DNA from: Ascoidea asiatica JCM 7603
Taxonomy: Eukaryota; Fungi; Ascomycota
DNA length: 64,000 nt
Direction of reading: 5' to 3'
Assembly (NCBI GenBank): GCA_001600695.1
Contig: BCKQ01000003.1
Span: forward strand, 1,941,351-2,005,350
Positions 11,028 through 22,772 of the stretch are shown piece after piece. The translations under genes and the position numbers were made by a program. How positions within the stretch are numbered: the first letter of the stretch is position 1; each line of letters begins with the position of its first letter. Below the pieces are notes generated by a model that ran no database searches, had not been told where the DNA came from, and saw only the letters and a list, made by a program, of their open reading frames with translations.

Positions 11028-11620
11028 GACTATTTTAGAGAATATATGTCTAATTCCATTAATAATTATGATTCTATTATTTACTTTAATTCATTTATTT
11101 CAATTATTTCTCGATTCTTAGATTCATTGAGTAAAAGTGACTTGTTCAGAAATTGAAACCATTTTTGAGGGTCTTCTTTTTCTGGAAAAGACTTACTCAA
11201 ATTTACAGCGCAGAAATAATAAATATTATGCCAAATTTGGCAAAAGATTGTTGAAATGTGAAATTATAATGCATTACATGATATTTCAGGAAAACATTTC
11301 ATAAAATATCATAAAAGATGAAGAAGAAGAAGAAAAAGAAAAAGAAAAAGAAAAAAAATACTTGTATATAATGTTACTGATTACACTTATTACTTTGGTT
11401 ATGAATGAATGACCAACTTAATTTGAGTATAAATGCACTAATGTATATAATATGAGAATGAATAAAGAAAGTAAAAGGAAGCCAAGTTTAATGTACAATT
11501 TCAGCAAAAATGAAATAGGAATTGAACAAAAAAAAAGAAAGTTGAAAACTTTCAAATGAAAAGCAAATGGATTATGAGAAAGAGAATTGAAAAATGAAGA
11601 AAAATTAATTTAATTAAGTA

Positions 11621-13555
11621 CTATTTTGTCCATAAACAGACTGTATTATCAGCACCTGCACTAGCTAATATACATCTTATACTTTTATCCAATTTAATTA
11701 ATTCTTTTTTTTCTTTTTCTTTAGCTCTTATTGATTCTTTTAATGAATTTTCTTCTTTCAATATTTCTTCTTTTGATTTCAGACCATTTATTTCTTCTTT
11801 TGATTGATTATTAATACTTTTATCTTTATCAGAACTGTTTGAATTATCAGAAAGTTTATCATTTCCATTAACTTGATTTTTATTATTTTCTTTTTCTTTT
11901 TCTTTCTCATTTTGATTTTGATTTTCGGCGTTAACAATAGATATTTTATTATTATTTTCATTATCATTATCATTATCACTTTCATTGTCGATTGTATTTT
12001 CAAAATTTATACAAGGAGCAAAACAAATTTCATTTATAAAACTTTGATGAGCACCAGATAAAGTTCTTATACATTTTATATTATCATAATTTGATAAAGT
12101 TAAATCCCAAATTTTTATAGTTTTATCATCAGAAGAAGAAAATAAATATCTTCCACTTGGATGAATTTGTAAAGATCTAACCCAAGAAGTATGACCTTTT
12201 AAATCAACTAATAAAGTTCCAGTTGGATTTGAAGAAGGTAATGGAGGTCTATGTGGTCTTATAATTGGTAAAGGTAATAACCAAATTTTAATTGAATCAT
12301 CTCTTGCACATGAACAACAATATTTATAACCTAATTTATCATAATTTTGATTATTTATTAATTCATTTGATAATAATTTTTTAGCTAATTTATCAAGAAA
12401 TTTATTTGAAATTAATGGAAAAAATTTACAATCTTCAACAACTTGATTATGACCAATTAATAAAGCTAAACCATTACCAGAATCACCATGAGATAATCTA
12501 ATTGATTGATCATTTGAACAAGATAATAAAAAATCATCATTTTTAGAAATATGTAAAGATCTAACCCAATTTGAATGTCCAATAAAAGATTTTAAGCACC
12601 AACCATTAGTTATATCCCATAATCTTATTGAATTATCTCTTGAACAACTAAATAAATGATTTGGATTTGAATTTTTAAAAATTACAGAAGATATTGAATG
12701 ATCATGACCTGATAAAGTTCTTATTAAATTATAATTATTATTTGAATCCCAAATTTTTATAAATAAATCTGAAGAACAAGTTACCATTAAATATGATTTA
12801 TTTGAATTTGAATTTAAATTCTGAATTGAATTATTATCTATTATATTATTATTATTATTATTGTTATTATTTGAGGATATGGTATTCGATATTGAATTAT
12901 TATTGTTAATATTTTTAATATTATTTATATTATTTGTATTATTTGATAAAGAAAGATCAATTGGTAATGGAGAAAAACAACAATGATTAATTGATCTTGA
13001 ATGAGCATTTTTATTTGATAATTCAGGTTGAATTGGATTTAAAAGATCCCAAAGATTAAAAGAACCATCATTACAAACAGATATTAAATATGGTAAAATT
13101 GGATGAATTGCAATTGAATTTACTTGAGATTTATGAGCTTTTAAAGAAATTGAATAATTATTTGGTATCCAATTAATTTTTTTTAAATTTAAATTTAAAT
13201 TTCTTGGATCAGTTGTTGATAAATTTTGAAAAGAATTTGATAAGATAATTGAATTTGAACTATTATTAATATTATTATTATTATTGTTATTATTATTGTT
13301 ATTATTAATAATTTCATTCAATTGTTTATTCTTATTTTCCAATTCAATTAATTTTTTTTGTAATCGTATAACAGTGGACCATTTTTTCTCTAATAAATTT
13401 GATTCTAAATTTGAAATATTATCAAAATTATCATTATTAAAAGTTAAAGATAATTTTAACAGATCTAAAATTTCTTCATCAATTTCATGATTTTTCAAAT
13501 AAATTATAATAGCTCTATTCAAATCATTTTTTTGTCTAGTTGTTAGAGCAGACAT
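11621..13555 (-). CDS. PAC1: LIS1/NudF dynein regulator (LisH, coiled coil, WD40) with Asn-rich insertions
   Basis: LTTRQKNDLNRAIIIYL, LLEKKWSTVIRLQKKLIELE, RTLSGHDHSISSV, WD repeats. Confidence 0.95.
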   Translation of the reverse strand: MSALTTRQKNDLNRAIIIYLKNHEIDEEILDLLKLSLTFNNDNFDNISNLESNLLEKKWSTVIRLQKKLIELENKNKQLNEIINNNNNNNNNNNNINNSSNSIILSNSFQNLSTTDPRNLNLNLKKINWIPNNYSISLKAHKSQVNSIAIHPILPYLISVCNDGSFNLWDLLNPIQPELSNKNAHSRSINHCCFSPLPIDLSLSNNTNNINNIKNINNNNSISNTISSNNNNNNNNNIIDNNSIQNLNSNSNKSYLMVTCSSDLFIKIWDSNNNYNLIRTLSGHDHSISSVIFKNSNPNHLFSCSRDNSIRLWDITNGWCLKSFIGHSNWVRSLHISKNDDFLLSCSNDQSIRLSHGDSGNGLALLIGHNQVVEDCKFFPLISNKFLDKLAKKLLSNELINNQNYDKLGYKYCCSCARDDSIKIWLLPLPIIRPHRPPLPSSNPTGTLLVDLKGHTSWVRSLQIHPSGRYLFSSSDDKTIKIWDLTLSNYDNIKCIRTLSGAHQSFINEICFAPCINFENTIDNESDNDNDNENNNKISIVNAENQNQNEKEKEKENNKNQVNGNDKLSDNSNSSDKDKSINNQSKEEINGLKSKEEILKEENSLKESIRAKEKEKKELIKLDKSIRCILASAGADNTVCLWTK

Positions 13556-13992
13556 TGTGTAATTTATATTTTCCCCAAAAAAAAAATAAAACTTCTAAAA
13601 CAGTTTTAAAACTTTTTGAAATTTAAAACTTGTACAGTATTTATTCTTATTTTTAAACAAATCTATAAATCTATAAATCTAAAAATCTAAAAATCTATAA
13701 ATTCATGAACCCATATATTTCTTTTGCCAACCAGATATAGTACTTTAATAGTGTAATACTGTGATAGAAGTAATCGATCAAGAGTGAATCTGTTTGAATG
13801 TAAGATATATTCATTCCCTATTCATATTTCTCTGAGTTAAGCTGTATTCTTTTCACCAGGTCCAAGCTTTATCAAACTTTTGTTTATGTTTTCTCTGATC
13901 CAGAACCAGTACACCTCCTAAAAGGGGTTTGTTTACATAAAAGGGGTTTCAAAACAAACAGAACTAAAAAGTTACAAAAAAATAGGTTAAAA

Positions 13993-14065
13993 CATCCTTG
14001 GCAGGACTCGAACCTGCAATCTCCTGATTCGTAGTCAGACGCGTTAACCATTGCGCCACAAAGAT
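13993..14065 (-). tRNA. tRNA-Arg (anticodon ACG), intronless
   Basis: Minus strand reads ATCTTTG-TGGCGCAATGG...TCTGA-CTACGAA-TCAGG...GGTTCGAGTCC...CAAGGAT-G: cloverleaf with A/B boxes and a following TTTT. Confidence 0.95.
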
Positions 14066-14275
14066 GCTTTGATGTTGTTTTTATGGCAAAACTCAAAAAT
14101 ACAAATGACGACACCTGAGAATGGGCGGTAGTTTTATTTTGATTTTGTTACCCATCTCAAGACATAACATTAATTCATTTGGCATTTGCTTTATTAAAAG
14201 CTTCTTTCAGGTGAGACTTTTACTTTGATCTTTATTATTAACATATACACAGTATTTTCACATATTTCTATTGTA

Positions 14276-15451
14276 ATGTCAGAAACATATGAGACACCTT
14301 CAAAATCTTTAGATTCAATTATAACTTCTATAGATTTATTATTGAATTCTGGTTTAAGACAAGATTCTATTGAATTTCAATCAAAATTAAATGAAATTTT
14401 TAAAAAATTATTCAATTTAAAAAAAGTAGTCACTGAATTGAATTTATTTTCAATAAATGAATCTTTAGAAGATTTAAATACTAATTATATAAAGTTTTTA
14501 TCTTTAGATTATTATTTAGCTTTATTATCTTCAAAAAAATTCTCAAAGGATAATCCATTAGCTTTTAAAATTAAAGTTAAAGATTTAAAATTATCAAAAA
14601 TCTTATATATACAATTTTTAAATAATTTAGATAATTATTCAATTTTAAATCCTGATCAAAAGAAAAAATTCAAAATTTTGCAAAAATCTGAAAAAGATTC
14701 TAATGGTAATCTTTATGATAGTGATAGTGATAAAGAAAATGATAAAAACAACAGTAGATCAGAAATTAATGATTTATTAACTCCAATGCAGAAACGAGAT
14801 GAAAAAATTAAATTATTTAAATTAGAAAAATCAATTAATGAAAAATTAAATTATCTCCAAAATAAATATAAAAATTTAAATTCAGATGATATTCAAGATG
14901 AAAATTTAAGAAATTTATATTTAACAAAAATAAATTTATTATCTTTTAATGCTTTTAAAGAATTTGAAAATATTTCAATGGAAATTCAATTATTATCAAA
15001 TAGATCCAATAATGCTCCTCAGATACAAGAATTAATTAAAGATAAGGATTCAATTAATAATAATAATATATTATCAAAAGAAAATAATTATGGATATACT
15101 GAGAATTTAGAAGTTTTAAAGTCTTCAATACTTTCAAAAGAAGGTAAAGTTTTAAAACCTTTTACATTATATTCCAAAAAAGATGATCTTAAAAAAAAAG
15201 TTTTTGGTTATGGTCAAGTATTACCAACAATGTCTGTTGAAGAATATCTTGAAGAAGAAGTTAAAAGAGGTGGTATTATTCCATCTCAAACAATAACTGG
15301 AAACGAAGATAATAATAGTGATAGTGAGAATGATAGTGAGAATGAAGAAAATAAAAACTATGATAATTATGGTGTCTATAAGAAAAGAGAATGGGATGAG
15401 TTTGTTGACACTCATCCCAGAGGAAGTGGTAACACAATGAACATGGGCTAG
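14276..15451 (+). CDS. TAP42: PP2A-associated TOR effector Tap42/alpha4
   Basis: LNLFSINESLEDL, RDEKI..FK, GKVLKPFTL, KVFGYGQVLPTMSVEEYL, REWDEF..HPRGSGNTMNMG. First ATG is at 14276; the track starts at an upstream TTG. Confidence 0.93.
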   Translation: MSETYETPSKSLDSIITSIDLLLNSGLRQDSIEFQSKLNEIFKKLFNLKKVVTELNLFSINESLEDLNTNYIKFLSLDYYLALLSSKKFSKDNPLAFKIKVKDLKLSKILYIQFLNNLDNYSILNPDQKKKFKILQKSEKDSNGNLYDSDSDKENDKNNSRSEINDLLTPMQKRDEKIKLFKLEKSINEKLNYLQNKYKNLNSDDIQDENLRNLYLTKINLLSFNAFKEFENISMEIQLLSNRSNNAPQIQELIKDKDSINNNNILSKENNYGYTENLEVLKSSILSKEGKVLKPFTLYSKKDDLKKKVFGYGQVLPTMSVEEYLEEEVKRGGIIPSQTITGNEDNNSDSENDSENEENKNYDNYGVYKKREWDEFVDTHPRGSGNTMNMG

Positions 15452-15471
15452 TCTTTGCACCTTCATTTTCG

Positions 15472-15585
15472 CCTTCTTTACCTTCTTTACCTTCTTCACC
15501 TTCTTCATCTTCTTCATCTTCTTCATCTTATTCATCTTCTTCATCTTCTTCACCTTCTTCACCTTCTTCACCTACTTCTTTACCT
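15472..15585. repeat. 9-bp minisatellite (CTTCTTYAY), about 12 copies, in the TAP42 3' region
   Basis: Read directly; explains the spurious KKM/KKV antisense ORF. Confidence 0.9.
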
Positions 15586-15944
15586 TACGTACATAAACTA
15601 TCAATCAATATATTGACTATGAGAAATATTCACTCGGATGTAAATTTGATATTAAGCATTGGTGTAAGCTGTGATTATATCAGCACACGTGATTCCATGG
15701 CGGTTTTGATCTGGAAATTTCTGCGGAAATTTATTTATTTTTTTTTTGAGAATTTGAAATTTTTATATTTTTTTGGGTTTTATTGAAAAATTGATATTGT
15801 AAAATTTAAAAATGTACGTTCCATTTGATATACTTTATATGAAATAATTAGAATAAGATCTAATAATATCTTTCAAAGCTTTTTGTGTTATACAATAATA
15901 TATTCTTCTTTTTTTCTTTCTTTCTATATTTCATATAACTCAAA

Positions 15945-17357
15945 ATGAGTAACTCATTGGAACAACGATTGAAACAAAATTCATCTGCCTTTGATGGATT
16001 ATTATCTTTAATTCCAGCAAAATATTATTATGATGAAGATACTACAGATCAATGGCAAAAGAAAAAAACAAGTAAATTGGAGAAAAAATTAAATAAAAGA
16101 GCAAAATTAAATCCAACTGATTTAAAAAATTCGAAATCAAAAAAAAATTTAAGTGCTGCAGAAGTTTTAAAAGAAAGAAGTAAAAATGCAAAACCATTAA
16201 TTATACCTGGCTCACTTAATAGAAATTTAAAAAGAAAATTACAAGATAATAATACATCTAATGAAGATATACAAGAAACTGATAGTACCAATGATAATGA
16301 TGATAATGATAATGATAATGAGAGTAATGATGATAATAATAATGATAATAGTATTAAAAATATTGATAAAGATAATGATGATAACAATATTAATGATGAT
16401 AAAGATAAAGTGCTGGAAATACGAATGGAAGATGCTTCCGAAGAACCGACTGTGGTCTTTGATGATGAAGGAAATGAAGTTGAACTCAATGACATTGCCT
16501 CTTCTTCTATAGAAACTCCAACAAAAAAATCAAAAAATAGGTCTGAAGAAGAAGAGAAAAAAAGACAAGAAAATATTGAAAAATTAAAAGAAAAATTACA
16601 AAGTAAAATTTCTTCAATGAGAAAACAGAGAAAAGCAGAAAAAGGAAATGAAAAATCAAGGGAAGAAATTTTAGAAGAACGTCGTAAAAAACAAGAAAAA
16701 AGAAAAGAATTAAAAAAATTAAAAAAAGCTGAGGAAGAAGAAGAAGAAAAAAAAAAAAAAAAATCTGATAAAAATATTAAAAAAGAATCTGACTTAGATT
16801 TAAATTCTGATTCTGATTCTGAATTAGATTTAGATAATGATGATGATAATAATTTAAATGAAGAAAGTACAATGTTTTCAAATATTGTATTTAATGATGG
16901 TGATAAAGTAACTTCAGATTTATCAAATTTAAGAAAAAAGGGTAAAAAGAAAGGTCCTGCAAATAAAGATTATAAAGCACATTTAACAATTTTACAAAAA
17001 GAAAAAGATAAATTCACTCATTTAGATGATGATGAAAAGAAAGATATTTTAGAAAAAAATAAATGGAGTAAAGCTATGAAACAAGTTGAAGGTGTTAAAA
17101 TGAAAGATGATGAAGTTTTATTAAAAAAAGCTATTAAGAGAAAAGAAAAACTTAAAAAGAAATCTGAAAAAGAATGGAAAGAAAGAAATAAATTTGTAAC
17201 TAATCAAATAAGTGCAAGACAGAAGAAAAGGGAAGAAAATTTACAATTAAGAAGAGAAAATAAAGGGAAAAAGAGAAAACAACAAGTTAAATTAAAAAAA
17301 TTTACCGGTGTTTCTAAACCAAAAAGGGCTGGGTTTGAAGGTCGTCTTAAAAAATGA
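15945..17357 (+). CDS. RRP14: 60S biogenesis factor Rrp14 (SURF6 family)
   Basis: MSNSLEQRL...AFDGLLSLIPAKYY; C-terminal KKSEKEWKER, KREENL, KRAGFEG. Confidence 0.93.
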   Translation: MSNSLEQRLKQNSSAFDGLLSLIPAKYYYDEDTTDQWQKKKTSKLEKKLNKRAKLNPTDLKNSKSKKNLSAAEVLKERSKNAKPLIIPGSLNRNLKRKLQDNNTSNEDIQETDSTNDNDDNDNDNESNDDNNNDNSIKNIDKDNDDNNINDDKDKVLEIRMEDASEEPTVVFDDEGNEVELNDIASSSIETPTKKSKNRSEEEEKKRQENIEKLKEKLQSKISSMRKQRKAEKGNEKSREEILEERRKKQEKRKELKKLKKAEEEEEEKKKKKSDKNIKKESDLDLNSDSDSELDLDNDDDNNLNEESTMFSNIVFNDGDKVTSDLSNLRKKGKKKGPANKDYKAHLTILQKEKDKFTHLDDDEKKDILEKNKWSKAMKQVEGVKMKDDEVLLKKAIKRKEKLKKKSEKEWKERNKFVTNQISARQKKREENLQLRRENKGKKRKQQVKLKKFTGVSKPKRAGFEGRLKK

Positions 17358-18186
17358 AATTAGACTGTTAATCACTAAAATCACTATTTAATTGACTTTC
17401 ATTTTATTCTAAATAAAGGTTTTTGTATAAAATAATAAAATTCATAAAGTTTATTAATAATAAAATATTTTGATGACCAAAAAATCTCCACGAATAGTAG
17501 AAAAACACTTAACTAAAATACTATTTGAATTATTCAGTTAAAATCATAAAAATCAATCTCAAAAGGGATTTCACCCCTATAATTTTTACAAAAGATAGAA
17601 TTCGAATAACTTAATCTCCCCAATACAATTCAAGTTTGACTAAATAAACTCTCTATGCTTCTTTCATTTTAGATTTCGAAGATAAGAAAACCAACCAATT
17701 CCCCAAGTTTTTTTGTAAATCAACACACACTTGGCTGAAAGCCAAAATTTCAAAATTGACTTCTCAAAAGTACATTATTGTTTTCTCCCCCAGAGAAAAA
17801 AAAAACTAAATATTCTCAACGTTAATCAATTTTTTCGTAAAACCAAAATATTTCCAGATTTTCAAGAAAAGAATTTTGTGTAGAAAAATAAAAAGAAAAA
17901 AAGCAAAAAAAGAAGATCCGTAAATATGGCTCCGGAAAGTGATTTAGTCCTTGCCATGTGATCAAATAAACGAGCAAAAAATTTAAATTTTTTTTTCACA
18001 GCATCTCTAAGTTATAAAAAAATTTAGTTCGAGAAAGTATTAGCATTTTTAATACTTTTTTTTACTTTTTTTTATTTTACTTCAAAATTTTCGAAGTCAT
18101 ACTAGTATTTGGTTCATTTTGAATTTCAAACTATCAAAAAATATTGTTTTAAATCCTGATTTTCTTGAAGCTTTAAAATAAATAAA

Positions 18187-19923
18187 ATGAAATTTGTTGT
18201 TATTTCTGGTGGTGTTATTAGTGGTATTGGAAAAGGTGTTATTGCATCTTCCACAGGCTTATTGCTTAAAACTTTAGGTTTGAATGTTACGTCGATTAAA
18301 ATCGATCCATATATGAATATTGATGCAGGAACAATGTCACCATTAGAACATGGTGAAGTATTTGTTATGAATGATGGAGGTGAATCAGATTTAGATTTAG
18401 GAAACTATGAAAGATACTTAAATGTCACTTTAACAAAAGATCATAATATTACCACAGGAAAAGTTTATTCTTCAGTAATTTCAAAGGAAAGAAAAGGTGA
18501 TTATTTGGGTAAAACAGTTCAAGTTGTTCCTCATTTAACTAATGAAATTCAAGATTGGCTAGAAAGGGCTTCAAGAATTCCAGTTGATGGTACTGATAGA
18601 CAACCAGATGCTTGTATTATTGAGTTAGGTGGTACAATTGGTGATATTGAAAGTGCTCCATTTGTAGAAGCTTTAAGGCAATTTCAATTCAGGGTTGGTA
18701 AAGAAAATTTTTTATTAATTCATGTTTCTTTGGTTCCTGTTATAAACGGTGAACAAAAGACAAAACCAACTCAAGCTGCTATCAAGGATTTAAGATCTTT
18801 AGGTTTAATTCCAGATATGATTGCATGTAGATGTAGCGAAAATTTAGATATTGCAACCATTGAAAAAATTTCAATGTTTTGTATGGTTGGTAATGATCAA
18901 GTCTTAGGAGTTCACGATCTTAAATCTACTTATCATGTTCCTTTATTATTAAAAGATCAAAAGCTTTTGGAATTTTTAAATGAAAGACTAAAGTTAGATC
19001 AAATCAAAATTTCAAATGAAGACATACTTAGAGGTAGTTTATTATTATCAAATTGGAAAAGTTTATGTCATACAGTTGATACTTCTTTTGAAACTGTTAA
19101 AATTGCAATGGTTGGTAAATATACTCATTTAAAAGATTCTTATTTATCAGTAATCAAATCTTTGGAACATGCAGCAATGAAATTAAAGAAACGTTTGGAA
19201 ATTATTTGGATTGAAGCCAGTGACTTAGAAAATCAGTCATCAATTAGTGATAAAGCAAATTTTCATACTGCATGGAAATCACTTTGTGAAGCAGATGGTA
19301 TTTTAGTTCCAGGTGGATTTGGTAATAGAGGTATTGAAGGTATGGTTGAAGCTGCGAAATGGGCAAGGGAAAATGATATTCCTTATTTAGGAATATGTTT
19401 AGGTTTGCAAGTTGCAACTATAGAATTTTGTAGAAATATTTTAAATATTGAAAATGCAACTTCTGAAGAATTTTTTCCTGATATTAGTGATGATAAAAAA
19501 GTTATTATTTATATGCCTGAAATTGACAAAGATAAATTAGGTGGAACTATGAGATTAGGATCTAGAATTACCAAATTTCAAGAGTCTGCAAAATCGTCTA
19601 AAATTAAAAAGTTATATGGTTCAAAAGATGAAATTTTAGAAAGACATCGTCATAGATATGAAGTAAATCCAAAATTTGTTGAAAAAATGGAATCAAATGG
19701 ATTTTTATTTGTAGGAAAAGATGAAACAAATGAAAGAATGGAAATTTTTGAATTGAAAAACCATAAATATTATGTTGGAACTCAATATCATCCAGAATAT
19801 GTTTCTAAAGTTTTAGAACCATCAAAACCATTTTTAGGTCTTATTGCAGCAAGTTCTGGCATTTTAGATGAAGTTTTAAATGATGAAGAAATGTTAAAAT
19901 ATAATATCCATGTTGATTTTTAA
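18187..19923 (+). CDS. URA7: CTP synthase (URA7/URA8 pre-duplication orthologue)
   Basis: GGVISGIGKG, KIDPYMNIDAGTMSPLEHGEV, GICLG, HRHRYE, QYHPE. Confidence 0.97.
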   Translation: MKFVVISGGVISGIGKGVIASSTGLLLKTLGLNVTSIKIDPYMNIDAGTMSPLEHGEVFVMNDGGESDLDLGNYERYLNVTLTKDHNITTGKVYSSVISKERKGDYLGKTVQVVPHLTNEIQDWLERASRIPVDGTDRQPDACIIELGGTIGDIESAPFVEALRQFQFRVGKENFLLIHVSLVPVINGEQKTKPTQAAIKDLRSLGLIPDMIACRCSENLDIATIEKISMFCMVGNDQVLGVHDLKSTYHVPLLLKDQKLLEFLNERLKLDQIKISNEDILRGSLLLSNWKSLCHTVDTSFETVKIAMVGKYTHLKDSYLSVIKSLEHAAMKLKKRLEIIWIEASDLENQSSISDKANFHTAWKSLCEADGILVPGGFGNRGIEGMVEAAKWARENDIPYLGICLGLQVATIEFCRNILNIENATSEEFFPDISDDKKVIIYMPEIDKDKLGGTMRLGSRITKFQESAKSSKIKKLYGSKDEILERHRHRYEVNPKFVEKMESNGFLFVGKDETNERMEIFELKNHKYYVGTQYHPEYVSKVLEPSKPFLGLIAASSGILDEVLNDEEMLKYNIHVDF

Positions 19924-20220
19924 TTCAGGATTGGGCTTTTTTTTTAAAATTGTTTTTATGATAATTAAGTTCTTTGCTTTTATCACATATACATATAGAC
20001 ATACTTATATATATTTGACTTAGCTTTTATGCTTTAGTTTATTTTTCTTTTATTTTACCTTTATTCTCATTTTTTGTTTTTTATTTATACTGTACATTAT
20101 ATTATAGACTCATGGTTACTAATTATAGGGCAAACGCTCCAATTTTTTTTCTTTTATAGATATAAAAATAAAAATTTTCATCATATACATATAGATGTAT
20201 ATACATTTTTGTAAAAAATT

Positions 20221-22254
20221 TTACAATCTTCTATTATTTGTGCTACTTCTTCTTCTTCTTCTAGCTGCTAAAACATTGACACTTCTTGGGCTATGAACAC
20301 TTCTTGGACTTCCACCTATAGGGCTATCAAGATTTCCTTTTGAATTTGAATCGGACTTTTCAGGTGTAAAAGCAACATTGATACTTGATCTACTATTACT
20401 TCTTCTTTTTTTGTAAGCAGGTAAGTTAGCACTTAAATCAGAGTTATTTGTATTGGAATCTATCTTTAAAGGAGTAGGAGAACCAGTGAAAGAATTCATT
20501 TTATTAATAACAAATTTTGGATCAATTTCTTCCATACAATCAGAAGATCTTTTTTTTCTTCTTTTTACTCCTAATGTATTAATAGAATCAAAAGTTGAAA
20601 ATTTAGCAATTTGTTCATTATTTTGAGATGATAATATAGACTCTTTTGAACTTTTTTTTTCAAAAGTATATTCTTTTTTTCCAACCATTTTTTTAAACCC
20701 TTTTTCTAGATTAGTATCATCGAGATTATGAAATTTTTTTGATAACTTATATTTGAAATTAAATTGATTTTGAAAAATGTAATTCAAATTAGAAAAAGCT
20801 TCTTTAGAGCCAGTTACTGTTGAATAATCTTCTCCTATTATATAAGTTTTTAATTTTTTATAAAATTGCTTGGTTAAAATAATTTGATCATCATAAATAG
20901 AATTTAATTTAATATCTTTTAATTTAAATTGAAAAGAATCTTCAAATTCAATTAATTTATTTTTTTCATCATTTTGAAATTTGAAAAAACTTGAAGGAAT
21001 AGATAATTTCTTAAGTATTGGAAAATTAGAATCTTCAGAAAATTTTATTTGTTTTATTAAATCAGGAGATAATTTTTCAGTTGGTATGTTATTTTCATTT
21101 GTTTTCAAAGGAGAAAGAGAAGGTAATTGAAGTGCATAATTATTAAGAAAAGAATTTAAACCAATAAATCCAACAACAAACCCCATTCTAAATTCTTGTC
21201 TAATACTTAATTCATTCCAAAAGTTGAGTAAATTAATATTATTAATTCTTTTATTTTCAACAGTTAAATGTTCAAGAAATCTACCTTTTGGATCATCAGG
21301 TAATAATGGTATATAATATTTAGCTTTATAATCTTTTAAGTAATTTTTAATATTTTTTTCATTTGAATTGAATTCTTGATTGAATTTTGGATTAAATATT
21401 GAATCAATTGAAAAAGTATAAGGAAAGTTTTGAGAATTTTGAGAATTTTGAGTATTATGAATAGTATTCAAATTAGAACATTTGAAAGAAGGAATAAATT
21501 TTAATAAATTATCAGAAAATAATAAATCATTTGGTAAAAAAGTTTTAAGAATATTTGAATCCTCACCAGATATATCAATATCAAAATTTAAATTATCAAA
21601 TAAATTTGAATCATTTTGTAAATTTTTTTTAATAAATTTATAAATCAAATTTATCCACCATTTAAATAAATCTTTATCAGATAAAATATGTTTATTAATA
21701 TTTTTATTTGAATTTGGAAAAAGATAAGAATTTTCAGATCTTGTAAATAAAGATAATTTAATATTAATTTTAATATCTTTGATAGTATTTAAATTTAATA
21801 AATTTTGAATTGAATTAAAATTTAATAAACTATTTGAGAATTTTGATTGAGAAATAGGTAAAAAAAAATTTAAATAATTATTTAAATTATCATATTTAAA
21901 AAAAAATAATAAAATTGATTGAATAATATTATTAATTTTAATATAATTATCATTATAACCATTAGTATCAACTTTTGAGATATAAATGAATTTTTGAATA
22001 TTTTTTGAATTTTTTAAATTTTTTAAATCTAAGATTATATAAATTATAATATCAATTGCAAAGAAAATTTTTGAATTTTGAGAAATTGAAATAAAATGTT
22101 GAGATTTTATTGTAATTATATTAGATTTATCTTTTGAATTAATTGGAATTAAAATATTTGAACATTGTTTTGGAAATGAATTTAAATGAAGAAGATAAAA
22201 AGTATGATTTAGAGGTAATTCATTTTCAATTAATTGTTTTAAAGATATATTCAT
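20221..22254 (-). CDS. RTT109: Histone H3K56 acetyltransferase
   Basis: YISKVDTNGY, LFTRSENSYLFP, KHIL...KWW, PDDPKGRFL, FWNELSIRQEFRMG. First ATG at 22254. Confidence 0.9.
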   Translation of the reverse strand: MNISLKQLIENELPLNHTFYLLHLNSFPKQCSNILIPINSKDKSNIITIKSQHFISISQNSKIFFAIDIIIYIILDLKNLKNSKNIQKFIYISKVDTNGYNDNYIKINNIIQSILLFFFKYDNLNNYLNFFLPISQSKFSNSLLNFNSIQNLLNLNTIKDIKINIKLSLFTRSENSYLFPNSNKNINKHILSDKDLFKWWINLIYKFIKKNLQNDSNLFDNLNFDIDISGEDSNILKTFLPNDLLFSDNLLKFIPSFKCSNLNTIHNTQNSQNSQNFPYTFSIDSIFNPKFNQEFNSNEKNIKNYLKDYKAKYYIPLLPDDPKGRFLEHLTVENKRINNINLLNFWNELSIRQEFRMGFVVGFIGLNSFLNNYALQLPSLSPLKTNENNIPTEKLSPDLIKQIKFSEDSNFPILKKLSIPSSFFKFQNDEKNKLIEFEDSFQFKLKDIKLNSIYDDQIILTKQFYKKLKTYIIGEDYSTVTGSKEAFSNLNYIFQNQFNFKYKLSKKFHNLDDTNLEKGFKKMVGKKEYTFEKKSSKESILSSQNNEQIAKFSTFDSINTLGVKRRKKRSSDCMEEIDPKFVINKMNSFTGSPTPLKIDSNTNNSDLSANLPAYKKRRSNSRSSINVAFTPEKSDSNSKGNLDSPIGGSPRSVHSPRSVNVLAARRRRRSSTNNRRL

Positions 22255-22772
22255 TTTCAATGTAATATTAAATGATTATGAAAAGATTATAATAAATTAT
22301 AATGGATTGAAAAGGATAATTAAAAAGGATAATTTAAAAGGATTGAATTGGAGTAATAATTTGCAATTTTGAGATAAATGATGAATTTTAAAGCTAAGTG
22401 AGAGTGAAATATAGTGAATTGAATATATCAATTGAATGAATCAATTGATTATATTGATAGAATATATTTGAATTAGATATGAATTGAAATATTGATTGAT
22501 TGTATTTAGTTTATAAACATTTAAATAAACAAATGAATAACTATTATACAGTATATTATTCTTTATAACTTATATAATAGTTATTATATTATTATTTATT
22601 ATTATTGTGGACAAAGACAATGAATGGCGGCAGATTGTTTATTATTGGTTTAGGAGTGGTTTAAGAATAATAATAGCTAAGTATGGTTAAGAATAGTTAA
22701 GAATGGTTAAGTATGGGGGATGCGTGTTTAAAGAGGTGGTTTACAGCGTCTAAGAGAGATTATTCATATTTA

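Noticed and set aside
13884-14114. 76-aa ORF
   Set aside because: Overlaps the tRNA-Arg gene.
14225-14275. TTG-initiated extension of TAP42
   Set aside because: No targeting features; homology fits the ATG at 14276.
15221-15571. KKM/KKV-repeat ORF
   Set aside because: Translation of a 9-bp minisatellite, antisense to TAP42, non-ATG start.
20221-20232. RTT109 C-terminal RRL as a PTS1
   Set aside because: Arg at position -3 is non-consensus, and the protein is nuclear.
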